Shown piece after piece: positions 48,449 to 58,301 of a stretch of DNA of 64,000 nt (positions are counted from its first letter, which is position 1; the number at the start of each line of letters is the position of its first letter). Under the pieces are notes generated by a model, which was not told the origin of the DNA, did no database searches, and saw only the letters and a program-made list of their open reading frames with translations. Source of the stretch: a virus; IMG/VR virus record IMGVR_UViG_3300032307_000731, positions 1-64,000 of that record, one strand, 5' to 3'. The translations under genes and the position numbers were made by a program.

Positions 48449-51175
48449 ATGATTAACAGTGAAGAAATTGAGGCGTTCCTACATGGGAATGACCCGGAAG
48501 AATTTATAGTTGCCATCGAGTATGATTACCGAGACAACTGTATCTACAAAATTAAGGAGATTCCCGGAAAAGGGAAAGAAATCCGTAAAGACACTTTTAC
48601 CCCGTTCGCTTGGGTAGGTGATTTAAAAAATCTAAAATTTTATAACGACTCGAAAGCCGCTCAGAAAGAGGCGATGACCAAGTATGGGATTCTAATTGAG
48701 AAATTGGAAACTCACGGGAACGAACGTCTTGAAAAAGGTTTAACCTTTATGGTTAAATCAATGAAAGGGTACCGAGAACTTATCCAATTCTTTAGAGATG
48801 GTGGATGTGACCCATGGGGTGACAAAGCTAAGGATAAGATAACACTTCTATCTCCGGTGGAACAATACCTTGTATCCAAAGAAAAGAGATTATTTAAGGG
48901 GTTTGAAAACTATAACGAGGTTACTCGAATGGTATATGACTTGGAGACGACCGCACTTGAACCAAAGGACGGTCGTATCTTCATGATTGGAATTAAAACC
49001 AATAAAGGTTACCATAGAGTAATCGAATGTACTGATGAGAATGAAGAAAAGGGGGCAATCATTGAATTCTTCAAAGTAATCAACGAACTTAAACCATCTA
49101 TTATTGGTGGGTATAACTCAGCAAACTTTGACTGGCATTGGATATTTGAAAGAAGTAAGATATTAGGGATTGATTTAAAGAAAGTTTGTAAATCATTAAA
49201 CCCTAATCATTCATATACTCGTAAAGATGGTATGTTAAAATTGGCAAATGAGGTTGAGACTTATACTCAAACTTCTATTTGGGGATATAATGTAATTGAC
49301 ATTATCCATGCTGTTCGTAGAGCTCAAGCAATCAACTCAAGTATTAAAGCGGCGGGTTTGAAATACATTACCAAGTACATTAATGCCGAATCCCCGAGTC
49401 GTGTTTATATTGACCACTTGGATATTGGTCCGTTCTACGCGGATAAAGATGATTTTTGGTTAAACACAACTAATGGTAACTACAAGAAAGTTGGTGTTGA
49501 TGAAAAGATTGATGGTATTTGTTCAAGACGTACTGACATCTATGAAAAAATTCAGGGAGATAAGTTAGTTGAAAAGTATCTTGACGATGACTTAGATGAA
49601 ACTCTTAAAGTTGACCAAGAGTTCAACCAAGGTTCATTCTTGTTGGCGGCAATGATTCCAACAACATATGAAAGAGTTTCAACAATGGGTACCGCAACAT
49701 TATGGAAAATGTTAATGTTAGCTTGGTCTTATAAACATGGGATTGCAATTCCTGCTAAAGAGGCAAAGACTGACTTCGTAGGAGGTCTTTCAAGACTCTT
49801 AAAAGTTGGTTATAGTAAGAATGTACTAAAACTTGACTTTAGTTCCCTATACCCTTCAATTCAGTTGGTACACGATGTATTTCCTGATTGTGATGTTACA
49901 GGGGCAATGAAAGGTATGTTAACCTATTTCCGTAATACCCGTATCAAATACAAACAATTGGCTGAGGAGTTTTACGAAACGGACAGAGCAAAATCAGAAT
50001 CATATGGTAATAAACAATTACCAATTAAGATTTTCATTAACTCGATGTTCGGTGCGTTATCCGCTCCTCAGGTTTATGCTTGGGGTGATATGTATATGGG
50101 AGAACAGATTACCTGTACCGGTAGACAATATCTTCGTCAGATGATTAAGTTTTTTATGAGTAAAGGATATGTTCCTTTGGTTATGGATACTGACGGTGTC
50201 AATTTCTCTACTCCGGATGAAGCGAATGACCGAGTTTATGTTGGTCGTGGTTTGAATTGGAAAGTTAAAGAGGGTAAAGAATATTATGGACCTGAGGCGG
50301 ATGTTGCGGAATATAACGATGTCTTTATGAGAGGTGAGATGGCACTTGATACTGATGGTGTTTGGCCGTCAACCATTAACTTAGCTCGTAAAAACTATGC
50401 GGTTATGGATTCTAAAGGTAAAATTAAATTAACCGGTAATAGTATTAAGTCTAAAAAACTTCCGTTGTATATTGAGGAGTTTTTGGATAAAGGAATTAAG
50501 TTATTACTTCAGGGTGATGGGCAGGCGTTTGTTGAATATTATTATGAATACTTACAAAAGATTTATGATAAAGAGATTTCTTTAAGTAAGATTGCTCAGA
50601 GAGCGAGGGTCAAATTATCATTAGAAGATTATAAGAAACGATTGTCAACTAAAACTAAAGCTGGTAATAGTATGTCAAGGATGGCTCACATGGAATTAGC
50701 ATTACAAGAAAATTTAAAAGTTAATTTGGGGGATGTCATTATGTATGTGAATAATGGTCTTAGAGCATCTCATGGTGATGTTCAGAAAAAAGGAGAGGGG
50801 ATTCAATTAAATTGTTATATGTTGGATAAAAATATCTTGGATGATAATCCTGATTTGAAAGGTGATTATAATGTTGCAAGAGCGGTAACCACGTTTAATA
50901 AGAAATTACAACCCTTAATGGTCGTTTTCCAAGATGAAGTTAGAAATAACTTATTAGTTAATGACCCTGAAAAGAGAGGTATCTTTACTAAATCACAATG
51001 TGAATTAATAAATGGACATCCATTAGACGAAGGGTCTCAAGACAGATTACAAGAAGATGTTCTTGACGTTACAGAACAAGAATTAAAATATTGGGAAAAA
51101 CGAGGATTATCTCCTGATTATATGTACGACTTAGCCGAAGAAGGTTGGGAGGAAAAATTAAAAGTGATGGTATAA
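48449..51175 (+). CDS. DNA polymerase family B
   Basis: YDLET, GYNSANFD, LDFSSLYPSI, KIFINSMFG, MDTDG, KNY. Confidence 0.96.
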   Translation: MINSEEIEAFLHGNDPEEFIVAIEYDYRDNCIYKIKEIPGKGKEIRKDTFTPFAWVGDLKNLKFYNDSKAAQKEAMTKYGILIEKLETHGNERLEKGLTFMVKSMKGYRELIQFFRDGGCDPWGDKAKDKITLLSPVEQYLVSKEKRLFKGFENYNEVTRMVYDLETTALEPKDGRIFMIGIKTNKGYHRVIECTDENEEKGAIIEFFKVINELKPSIIGGYNSANFDWHWIFERSKILGIDLKKVCKSLNPNHSYTRKDGMLKLANEVETYTQTSIWGYNVIDIIHAVRRAQAINSSIKAAGLKYITKYINAESPSRVYIDHLDIGPFYADKDDFWLNTTNGNYKKVGVDEKIDGICSRRTDIYEKIQGDKLVEKYLDDDLDETLKVDQEFNQGSFLLAAMIPTTYERVSTMGTATLWKMLMLAWSYKHGIAIPAKEAKTDFVGGLSRLLKVGYSKNVLKLDFSSLYPSIQLVHDVFPDCDVTGAMKGMLTYFRNTRIKYKQLAEEFYETDRAKSESYGNKQLPIKIFINSMFGALSAPQVYAWGDMYMGEQITCTGRQYLRQMIKFFMSKGYVPLVMDTDGVNFSTPDEANDRVYVGRGLNWKVKEGKEYYGPEADVAEYNDVFMRGEMALDTDGVWPSTINLARKNYAVMDSKGKIKLTGNSIKSKKLPLYIEEFLDKGIKLLLQGDGQAFVEYYYEYLQKIYDKEISLSKIAQRARVKLSLEDYKKRLSTKTKAGNSMSRMAHMELALQENLKVNLGDVIMYVNNGLRASHGDVQKKGEGIQLNCYMLDKNILDDNPDLKGDYNVARAVTTFNKKLQPLMVVFQDEVRNNLLVNDPEKRGIFTKSQCELINGHPLDEGSQDRLQEDVLDVTEQELKYWEKRGLSPDYMYDLAEEGWEEKLKVMV

Positions 51176-51176
51176 A

Positions 51177-51200
51177 AAAAGTGGTCTTAGGACCACTTTT
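51177..51200. terminator. Bidirectional terminator
   Basis: aaaagtggtc-ttag-gaccactttt. Confidence 0.85.
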
Positions 51201-51205
51201 GTTTT

Positions 51206-51541
51206 TTAAGATTGTTTTAATCCATCTGAAGATAATATATACCAATTACCTGCGACATATCTAAATTCAATACATGCAAATTTGTCGGCAACTATTTCAT
51301 CATATTCTTCATCTATTTTACCGATATCTGGTTTAATTGTTAGATTTGTCATCGATTTTACTACCACATGGTCAGTTGTTTTTGAATCTAATATAATTAC
51401 TGATTGTGCGACTCCTCGTACGATAACACAACTTTCTCCTGTAGTCCTGTAGTCTAACTCAGAAACTACTGAAATTTCTGAAGTATCTATGGTTAGTCCA
51501 TTTATTATTTTTCTTGATGGTATTGATTTTACTATTGCCAT
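51206..51541 (-). CDS. Small beta-rich protein, probably structural
   Basis: Coupled to the neck gene; C-terminal GNWYILS. Confidence 0.55.
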   Translation of the reverse strand: MAIVKSIPSRKIINGLTIDTSEISVVSELDYRTTGESCVIVRGVAQSVIILDSKTTDHVVVKSMTNLTIKPDIGKIDEEYDEIVADKFACIEFRYVAGNWYILSSDGLKQS

Positions 51542-51542
51542 A

Positions 51543-52664
51543 TTATATTACGTAAATTTGTCGAGGCATTGCTCTAAATTTCATTTGTTTGTTTAAGTTT
51601 TCTGCGATTAACGCTTCTCGTTCCATTACTTTTTCAGGTCTTAATCTTGTTAACCATCCTTCGGCACCTGTAAGTTCTTCAAGTAATTTTGTTTTTTCAT
51701 CCTTTGCCTCAGTTGATAAAGATTGGTAATCCATCGTTAATTCACTATCAGGTGTTTTAAGATTTCCACTATATTTTCCTCTAACTCTTGCTAAAGTTTC
51801 TTTACAATATGCCGTAAACCATCTTCTAACCCATTGTTGTCCCGGAACGTTTAGGTCTTCCCAACTTAATTCTTCAAGTGGTACATCTGTTGGTAATTTA
51901 ATTACATCAGGATTATTTTTTAAACAATCCGCTCTATTGTCAGGTGTTACATCATAATACCAATACCAAACTGCTTTACCAACATATTGTCCATAACTTG
52001 ACCAGTTGAATCTTCCTCCCGGTGTATTGTATAAGTGAATGTTTTTCTTACCATCAGGTAAACCTGTTATTCTATATGTTAAAGAGCCACCTAAAATTCT
52101 GTTAAGAATATTTGATTCTTGTGCTCTGATTAAGTAATCGAATCCTGACATCATAAAGTAAGACCCCTGATTACCCATTTGAGCAAAACCTGCTTCACTA
52201 GCACCAAGTCCAACACCACCAAAAGGACCTGCCATACCACCTAATCCAAGATTATATGGACGGTCACTAAACCATAAAAGTTCGTTAACTTCTCTACCTG
52301 CGGGAATTTCATATGTTTGGACATTCTTCTCAAGAATAAAATAATCTTTCTTTAACACCCAAGGACCTTCAGTTTGAAGACCGACGATTTTAGAATACGA
52401 ATAACTAAACTGTTGTTCAAAATCCATGGTTCGAGTAATCAAAGCTTTTGCAACTGATTTCTCATTCATGTTTAGGTTAACTAAATTAACCCATTGACTA
52501 TCTATTAACCATTGAAGAACATATTCTTCATAGTCACCTATAGATAATTCCATTAACGAGTCCATCATTTCATCCTCAAGTTCAACACTTCTAAGTGGTG
52601 CACCTAATTGATGTTTGACTCTAGTATAAATTTTACTTCTTTCTGGTTCCGGTATAACTGCCAT
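51543..52664 (-). CDS. Neck protein, T4 gp13-like
   Basis: KHQLGAPLRSVEL; WVRRWFTAYCKETLARVRGKY; late-type motif at 52668-52675. Confidence 0.8.
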   Translation of the reverse strand: MAVIPEPERSKIYTRVKHQLGAPLRSVELEDEMMDSLMELSIGDYEEYVLQWLIDSQWVNLVNLNMNEKSVAKALITRTMDFEQQFSYSYSKIVGLQTEGPWVLKKDYFILEKNVQTYEIPAGREVNELLWFSDRPYNLGLGGMAGPFGGVGLGASEAGFAQMGNQGSYFMMSGFDYLIRAQESNILNRILGGSLTYRITGLPDGKKNIHLYNTPGGRFNWSSYGQYVGKAVWYWYYDVTPDNRADCLKNNPDVIKLPTDVPLEELSWEDLNVPGQQWVRRWFTAYCKETLARVRGKYSGNLKTPDSELTMDYQSLSTEAKDEKTKLLEELTGAEGWLTRLRPEKVMEREALIAENLNKQMKFRAMPRQIYVI

Positions 52665-52687
52665 AACTATAAATATATTGTTAAATA

Positions 52688-54220
52688 TTATTGTATATCA
52701 TATAATAAAGAATCTAATGGAAATAAAAAGTTACCATTAACAATTACAGGTTTTTTATCAAAAACTAAAACATTTTTACCTTTTTGAAAAATCATTAAAT
52801 CCGTTTTATACATTTTAACACTTGCGGTTCCCTCAAGTAAAATACCCTCATCTGTTATCTTTTTTTCTCGGAAAGGTTTAACTTGAGCGGTTTTAGTTAC
52901 ACCATCTTTGGTTATCTCTAAATCAATTCCACCAATTCCATCTCTTTTACTTCCAAGTTCACCAACAATTTCAACTTTAACACCTTTACCAAAATATCTT
53001 CTTAATATTGAAGCTGTTATCTCTTCACGTTTTGAACCCGCAGCATCCTTAACAATTAAGACCTTTAACAAGTTTTGAAATGTTGAACTCTCTCGATTAA
53101 ATATTTTAAATTTATAATAGTTAATTGCTGAAACAAATCTTGTAGCTTCTTTTTTTTGTTCTTCAATATTTTTATTTCTAAAATTAATTGGTGGTTCTTT
53201 TGTTAATTTTGTAATAACTTGATTTAAATCATTTAATAAAATACAGAATGTTGTGTAATTCGTATTTAATTTATTAATTATTGACCGACCTGGTCCTTCT
53301 AAGTCATAGACACCTGACATTTGGTTATTACTTGGATTTTGAATATAATTTTCGGAAAAAACTTCTTTCAAAATCCTATCAATACCATGCATATAAATCC
53401 ATTTAACATCTTCGTTAGTGTTAAATAAAGTTCTATAAAATTCGTTTTCAGATGATGAACACATTTCTGATTTACCTTCACTTAATATTAGTCTCATTTT
53501 TGTGGACTCTAAAAGTTTTGTTTCAGTTTTCATTTCATATAATTTGGAAACAAAATTCCAATTCACAACTTTCCAAAAGTTTGAGATATACTCATCTCTC
53601 TTATTCCTATACTTTAGATAGTAAGCGTGTTCCCATAAATCTAATCCTAATAGTGGGAATCCACCACCTTCGATAACATTCATTAGTGGGTTATCTTGGT
53701 TTGGGGTAGACATAATTTTTAAAGTATTTCTTGATGTTAAAACTAACCATACCCAACCCGAACCAAATCGTTCTTTTGCAATTTTTTCAAATTCTTTTTT
53801 AAAGGTAGGAAAACTACCATATTGTTTGGTAATTTTATTTAAAAGTTCCCCTTTAAGTTTTGTGGGTGTTGGTGATAACATATTCCAAAACAATGCGTGG
53901 TTAAATGCACCTCCGGCATTATTTCGAATTGTTTTATCAAATCGACTAATTGTTTTAATTATTTGAATTAGTTCTAAATCCCCGTATTTTTTCTTTGAAA
54001 GAGCGTCATTCAATTTATCCACGTATCCCTTGTAATGTTTGTTGTAGTGAAATTCCATTGTTTCGGGGTCAATGAATTGTTTCAAGGCTGAGTAAGAGTA
54101 AGGTAATTTTTCAATCCCTATTTTCTTCATTTCTGTAATCAACAGATTTTTTTCCTTAAGTACGTGGTTCCCAAGGATTGTTGTTTCTAATTGTTGAATT
54201 TTTTGTTCTATTTTTTTCAT
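52688..54220 (-). CDS. Fe/Mn superoxide dismutase fused to a PD-(D/E)XK-like C-terminal domain
   Basis: LPYSYSAL, HYNKH, NNAGGAFNH, FGSGWVW, NQD, DLWEHAYY; after LILSE a domain with GSKRE...GID...AQVK. Confidence 0.88.
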   Translation of the reverse strand: MKKIEQKIQQLETTILGNHVLKEKNLLITEMKKIGIEKLPYSYSALKQFIDPETMEFHYNKHYKGYVDKLNDALSKKKYGDLELIQIIKTISRFDKTIRNNAGGAFNHALFWNMLSPTPTKLKGELLNKITKQYGSFPTFKKEFEKIAKERFGSGWVWLVLTSRNTLKIMSTPNQDNPLMNVIEGGGFPLLGLDLWEHAYYLKYRNKRDEYISNFWKVVNWNFVSKLYEMKTETKLLESTKMRLILSEGKSEMCSSSENEFYRTLFNTNEDVKWIYMHGIDRILKEVFSENYIQNPSNNQMSGVYDLEGPGRSIINKLNTNYTTFCILLNDLNQVITKLTKEPPINFRNKNIEEQKKEATRFVSAINYYKFKIFNRESSTFQNLLKVLIVKDAAGSKREEITASILRRYFGKGVKVEIVGELGSKRDGIGGIDLEITKDGVTKTAQVKPFREKKITDEGILLEGTASVKMYKTDLMIFQKGKNVLVFDKKPVIVNGNFLFPLDSLLYDIQ

Positions 54221-54262
54221 ATGTTTGGATTAACCATTACATATAAATAATCAAAAAATAGT

Positions 54263-56017
54263 TTAACGACGCATTTCATTAATTCTCTTTAATATTTCTT
54301 CCGCGGCATCAGCTGTATTTTGATTATCTCCCATGACGGTGGCTATCACTTGTTTTTTATTATGTAGTATGTCGTAAATAATACCCTCAATAGTATTTTC
54401 AAAAATTGGGTAATAAACTAATACATTATTTTTTTGACCATAACGATATGCTCGGTCTTCCGCTTGTGCGTGGTCAGATGGTAAAAATGATAAATCATTA
54501 AAGATAACAGCTTCGGCGGATGTTAAAGTAATACCAACACCAGCGGCTTTAATATTACCAACAAATACTTTTACTTTTTCGTTTTCTTGAAATTGGTCCA
54601 CACTAAATTGTCTTTCAACCTTTGACATTGACCCATCAAGTTTAACCGCAGCTTTCCCAAAATGTTCTGTTATTTTATTTAATGAATCAGTAAAATTACA
54701 GAATATAATAACTTTTTTATCTTGTTCTATAATGTTCTCAGCTATCTCGATAGTTTGTGCAATTTTTTCATCGGCAATAATTTGACGAACTTTGGTCAGT
54801 TTGGTAAATTGTACCGTTAAAGATTTTGATTCTTCCGGATTTTTTTCATACCAATTATAGTAGTCACCCATTACTTCCTCGTATACTTTTGATTTTAATC
54901 TCAAATATACTGGTGTAATAATTTTGTCGGGTAAATCTAATACATTTTCTTTTAACCTTCTTAAGGTTAGACCTACGGTTCTATCTCTCAATTCTTCAAG
55001 GTTTGATGCTCCTTGAACGTTCCAAATTTTTCTTGGACCAACTTTAAATTGAAAACCGGCACAATAACGAATAACATATGCCATCCAATTCTTGGCAACA
55101 GGTGAATCAATTAAACTAAGTAAATTAAAATAATCGATTGGACGGGATGTCATTGGTGTACCGGTTAACAACCATAATCTATCAACACTCTTGGTGATGT
55201 CGTTAATAAGTTTTGTTCTTTGAGCTTGGGCATTTTTGATATAGTGTGCCTCATCAATAATAATTAAATCGAATTTGGACATTAAAATTAACGACTCATC
55301 TTTTTTCTTAGGGTCGTGAAAATTTTTAATAATATCGTAATTAACAATAACAAAATCATCTTCTGTACTAAATTGTTTTCCTTCAGATATGAATATACTT
55401 CGGTCTGAATAATTTTCTATTTCTCGTTTCCAGTTAATTTTTAAAGTTGCCGGACAAATTATTAAAATTTTCTTTGCTCCGGTTTCTAACGCGGCTATAA
55501 TAGTTGATGTGGTTTTACCAAGACCCATATCATCGGCAAGGATAAACTTTTTATTCTCAACTAATTTTTGGATTGCCTCTTTTTGATGTTCAAGAGGTGG
55601 ACGATTAGAATATTTTGAATAATCTATTACAACATCTTTAACCGAATTATCTTTAATGATTGCGGCTTTTGGTAACCAAAAGTGGTGGAATTCCTCATTC
55701 TCAAATACTTTACCCCAAATATGATACGCCTTTTCTTTATCACATAATAGTTTTTCTACCCAAACTTTTTGTGGTATTTCCGTGTATAGTTTATCGTCGG
55801 CGAGTTTTTGAGCAAAGTAGGCATCAAGTATTACCCATTTTTTTGCAACTTTGGGTTGTTTGTCATGATTATTAACAATATATTCTGATTGACTCCTTGT
55901 TGGATAAAACTTTCTGTTTAATTGAGATTTACGTTTTAATTCAATTAAATAATTATTACCCCCTTCATAAGTTTCCAATAGGGATAACGCCTTTGACTCT
56001 ATACTAGTATTTTCCAT
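54263..56017 (-). CDS. SNF2-family helicase, HARP/SMARCAL1-like
   Basis: LADDMGLGKT, DEAH, LTGTP, QAEDRAYRYGQ. Confidence 0.93.
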   Translation of the reverse strand: MENTSIESKALSLLETYEGGNNYLIELKRKSQLNRKFYPTRSQSEYIVNNHDKQPKVAKKWVILDAYFAQKLADDKLYTEIPQKVWVEKLLCDKEKAYHIWGKVFENEEFHHFWLPKAAIIKDNSVKDVVIDYSKYSNRPPLEHQKEAIQKLVENKKFILADDMGLGKTTSTIIAALETGAKKILIICPATLKINWKREIENYSDRSIFISEGKQFSTEDDFVIVNYDIIKNFHDPKKKDESLILMSKFDLIIIDEAHYIKNAQAQRTKLINDITKSVDRLWLLTGTPMTSRPIDYFNLLSLIDSPVAKNWMAYVIRYCAGFQFKVGPRKIWNVQGASNLEELRDRTVGLTLRRLKENVLDLPDKIITPVYLRLKSKVYEEVMGDYYNWYEKNPEESKSLTVQFTKLTKVRQIIADEKIAQTIEIAENIIEQDKKVIIFCNFTDSLNKITEHFGKAAVKLDGSMSKVERQFSVDQFQENEKVKVFVGNIKAAGVGITLTSAEAVIFNDLSFLPSDHAQAEDRAYRYGQKNNVLVYYPIFENTIEGIIYDILHNKKQVIATVMGDNQNTADAAEEILKRINEMRR

Positions 56018-56385
56018 TATTCAAACACACTACCATTACCATAGTTTATTAACAATTCTTCCTCTTCATTAATATCTCTTAATGCAAAATATACAAATGT
56101 TCGTTCTTCATTATTTGTGTACCAATCAACATTTGGTGTTTCAGAGTGATTGTAATATGAACCATAACCCAACACCAACGCATGTTCATCCCAATTTTCA
56201 GAACGAGGATAGCAAAATGAATAATTTGAAAAAACCGGTATTTTTTCCTTAGAATTTTGAGGAAAAGAAAGAAAAGGGCATACATCTATTACTTCACCTT
56301 TTTTTATGGTTTGTGAAGAAAAAACCCCTAAATTATGTAAGGGACTGTCTTTTAAATATATTTTAGTTGGAGGACTGATTTTCAT
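56017..56385 (-). CDS. SET-domain protein lysine methyltransferase
   Basis: LGVF, YNHSETPN, ALRDI...EELLINYG. Confidence 0.88.
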   Translation of the reverse strand: MKISPPTKIYLKDSPLHNLGVFSSQTIKKGEVIDVCPFLSFPQNSKEKIPVFSNYSFCYPRSENWDEHALVLGYGSYYNHSETPNVDWYTNNEERTFVYFALRDINEEEELLINYGNGSVFE

Positions 56386-56457
56386 ATTTCTTTAAATATA
56401 GTTAATAACCGAGTATTTATCAATATATGAAAATAACACAACAAAAACATTATTAAT

Positions 56458-56970
56458 ATGCAAAAATTAGTTCCAATAACAAGACTAGGTAAATTCTTTG
56501 GTGCTGAAGATTATGCTTTGGATATTGGTATGGGTGAAGAATGGTTATTGGGAGATATGAACTTTACCGTAATTCTTTACCGTATTGATAGATATAAAAC
56601 CAAAACGGATGATGTTTATGGTGAGGTAACGGAAGATGGTATTCAATTTATGGCACCTGTTGAATTACAAGGATTAGTTCAAGTTATGGCACCAACCTCT
56701 AAGAATTATGGAAATTCACGAGTTGAATTACAAGAACCTGGTAATATGAAATTTTCATTGTATCAAAAAACTCTTGACGATATGGGTGTTGAGATATTCC
56801 AAGGGGATTATCTTGGGTATTATGAAACTGAAGATAGAGTTAGATATTATGTTGTAAGTGATGATGGATATGTTAGGTCAGATAATAAACATACATATGG
56901 AGGATACAAACCATTCTACAGAAGTGTTGTTGCAACTTATGTAAGTGAAAACGAATTTAGAGGAATATAA
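56458..56970 (+). CDS. Head closure/neck protein, gp14-like
   Basis: TDDVYGE and GDYL motifs; position between neck and tail genes; TATTTAT at 56414-56420. Confidence 0.55.
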   Translation: MQKLVPITRLGKFFGAEDYALDIGMGEEWLLGDMNFTVILYRIDRYKTKTDDVYGEVTEDGIQFMAPVELQGLVQVMAPTSKNYGNSRVELQEPGNMKFSLYQKTLDDMGVEIFQGDYLGYYETEDRVRYYVVSDDGYVRSDNKHTYGGYKPFYRSVVATYVSENEFRGI

Positions 56971-57359
56971 TGGAATACGTAATAAAAGAGAGTAAATTAT
57001 TTAATGCCATCTATCAGTATATTAATGGGTCTTATGATTTGACTAAAATTGATTTTTTTAATCCAACCACTTGGAATGATGATGAACATGATGACAAAGA
57101 AAATCCATATATTACGGAGTTTTTCAATACAGAATATGATGGTGATTATGATGAAAATGGGATGTTATTTATTTATATTGTAAAGGAATATTATTCAGAT
57201 GAACCTTCAAGACAATCTTTTATAAATCAAACACCAATTTTAATTGTTAATGATTATGGAAAATTAGAAACAATGTTTGGTGAATATTGGAAAGACCCTT
57301 TTAAAAAATGGTTTGAAAATAAATTTGAATTACCTGTTAAAACAATTGTTGCTGATTAA
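56970..57359 (+). CDS. Acidic hypothetical protein with VIKES leader, paralog 1
   Basis: MEYVIKESKLFNAIYQY...MFGEYWKDPFKKWFENKFELPVK. Confidence 0.7.
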   Translation: MEYVIKESKLFNAIYQYINGSYDLTKIDFFNPTTWNDDEHDDKENPYITEFFNTEYDGDYDENGMLFIYIVKEYYSDEPSRQSFINQTPILIVNDYGKLETMFGEYWKDPFKKWFENKFELPVKTIVAD

Positions 57360-57760
57360 TGGAATACGTAATAACAGAGAGTAGATTATTTAATGCTATC
57401 TATCAGTATCTTGATAGTTATCTAAACCCAAACGAAATTGATTGGGTTTATGGAGTTGGTACTGATGAAGATGGTTATGAGGATATAGATAAGGATGATG
57501 AAAACTTTTTAATGTTCTTTAAAGGAGAGTGGAATGGGGAAGATGATACTGACATAGTTTTTTATTATTTTGATGTGGATTATTATGAAAATAGTCCATC
57601 AACTAAATCGTTTAGAAATCAAGCACCTATTTTAGAAGTTATGGGTAAATATGGTGAACATTTAGACACTATGTTTGATGACCATTGGGTCGAACCTATG
57701 AAAAAATGGGTTCAAGATAATTTTAAATTACCGGTTAAATCGGTATCAACACATTATTAA
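57359..57760 (+). CDS. Acidic hypothetical protein with VITES leader, paralog 2
   Basis: MEYVITESRLFNAIYQY...MFDDHWVEPMKKWVQDNFKLPVK. Confidence 0.7.
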   Translation: MEYVITESRLFNAIYQYLDSYLNPNEIDWVYGVGTDEDGYEDIDKDDENFLMFFKGEWNGEDDTDIVFYYFDVDYYENSPSTKSFRNQAPILEVMGKYGEHLDTMFDDHWVEPMKKWVQDNFKLPVKSVSTHY

Positions 57761-57762
57761 TA

Positions 57763-58296
57763 ATGAAAGTATTAGTTAAAGAATCTCAATTAAGAAGAAT
57801 ATTTGAAATTGTCACAAAAGATAAAGTAATTTGTGACGAGTGTGGTTGGTCATGGGATTTAGCTGATGGTGGTGACGACCCTTATATTTGTCATAAATGT
57901 GGTCATGATAATGAAGAAAAAAAACATATAGGTGATAGAGTTATGGTGTATTATAATCTACATAAGCATACTTTTTCAGTTACTTATGATGGTAGGGTTA
58001 TAACTCATGCTGACTATGTTAAATTAACAGATGTTGAATTTAGGGTAAGACAAGGTGGTAGAGAAAAAGTTATTAAAGAAAAAAGAAAAAATGTTCATTC
58101 GTTTGTGATTGGTACTTTAGTGGATTATTGTAAATACCCATGTGAAAACCTACCGGATGAACCGAATAATAATATTGTTACATACAACCCTTACAAATAT
58201 AATACTTATGTAATGAAGGGTACTGAAGAGCCAGTATATCGAGCAAATGAGGTCGATATGATTAATTTAAAGAATAAATTATTTATAATAAGTTAA
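57763..58296 (+). CDS. Zinc-ribbon protein with LVKESQL leader
   Basis: CDECGWSW...CHKCG followed by a VYYNLHK...KNVHSFV...YNPY domain. Confidence 0.65.
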   Translation: MKVLVKESQLRRIFEIVTKDKVICDECGWSWDLADGGDDPYICHKCGHDNEEKKHIGDRVMVYYNLHKHTFSVTYDGRVITHADYVKLTDVEFRVRQGGREKVIKEKRKNVHSFVIGTLVDYCKYPCENLPDEPNNNIVTYNPYKYNTYVMKGTEEPVYRANEVDMINLKNKLFIIS

Positions 58297-58301
58297 AAAA
58301 A

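Noticed and set aside
56428-56457. 9-codon uORF before the head-closure gene
   Set aside because: No associated structure; such ORFs are expected by chance in AT-rich DNA.
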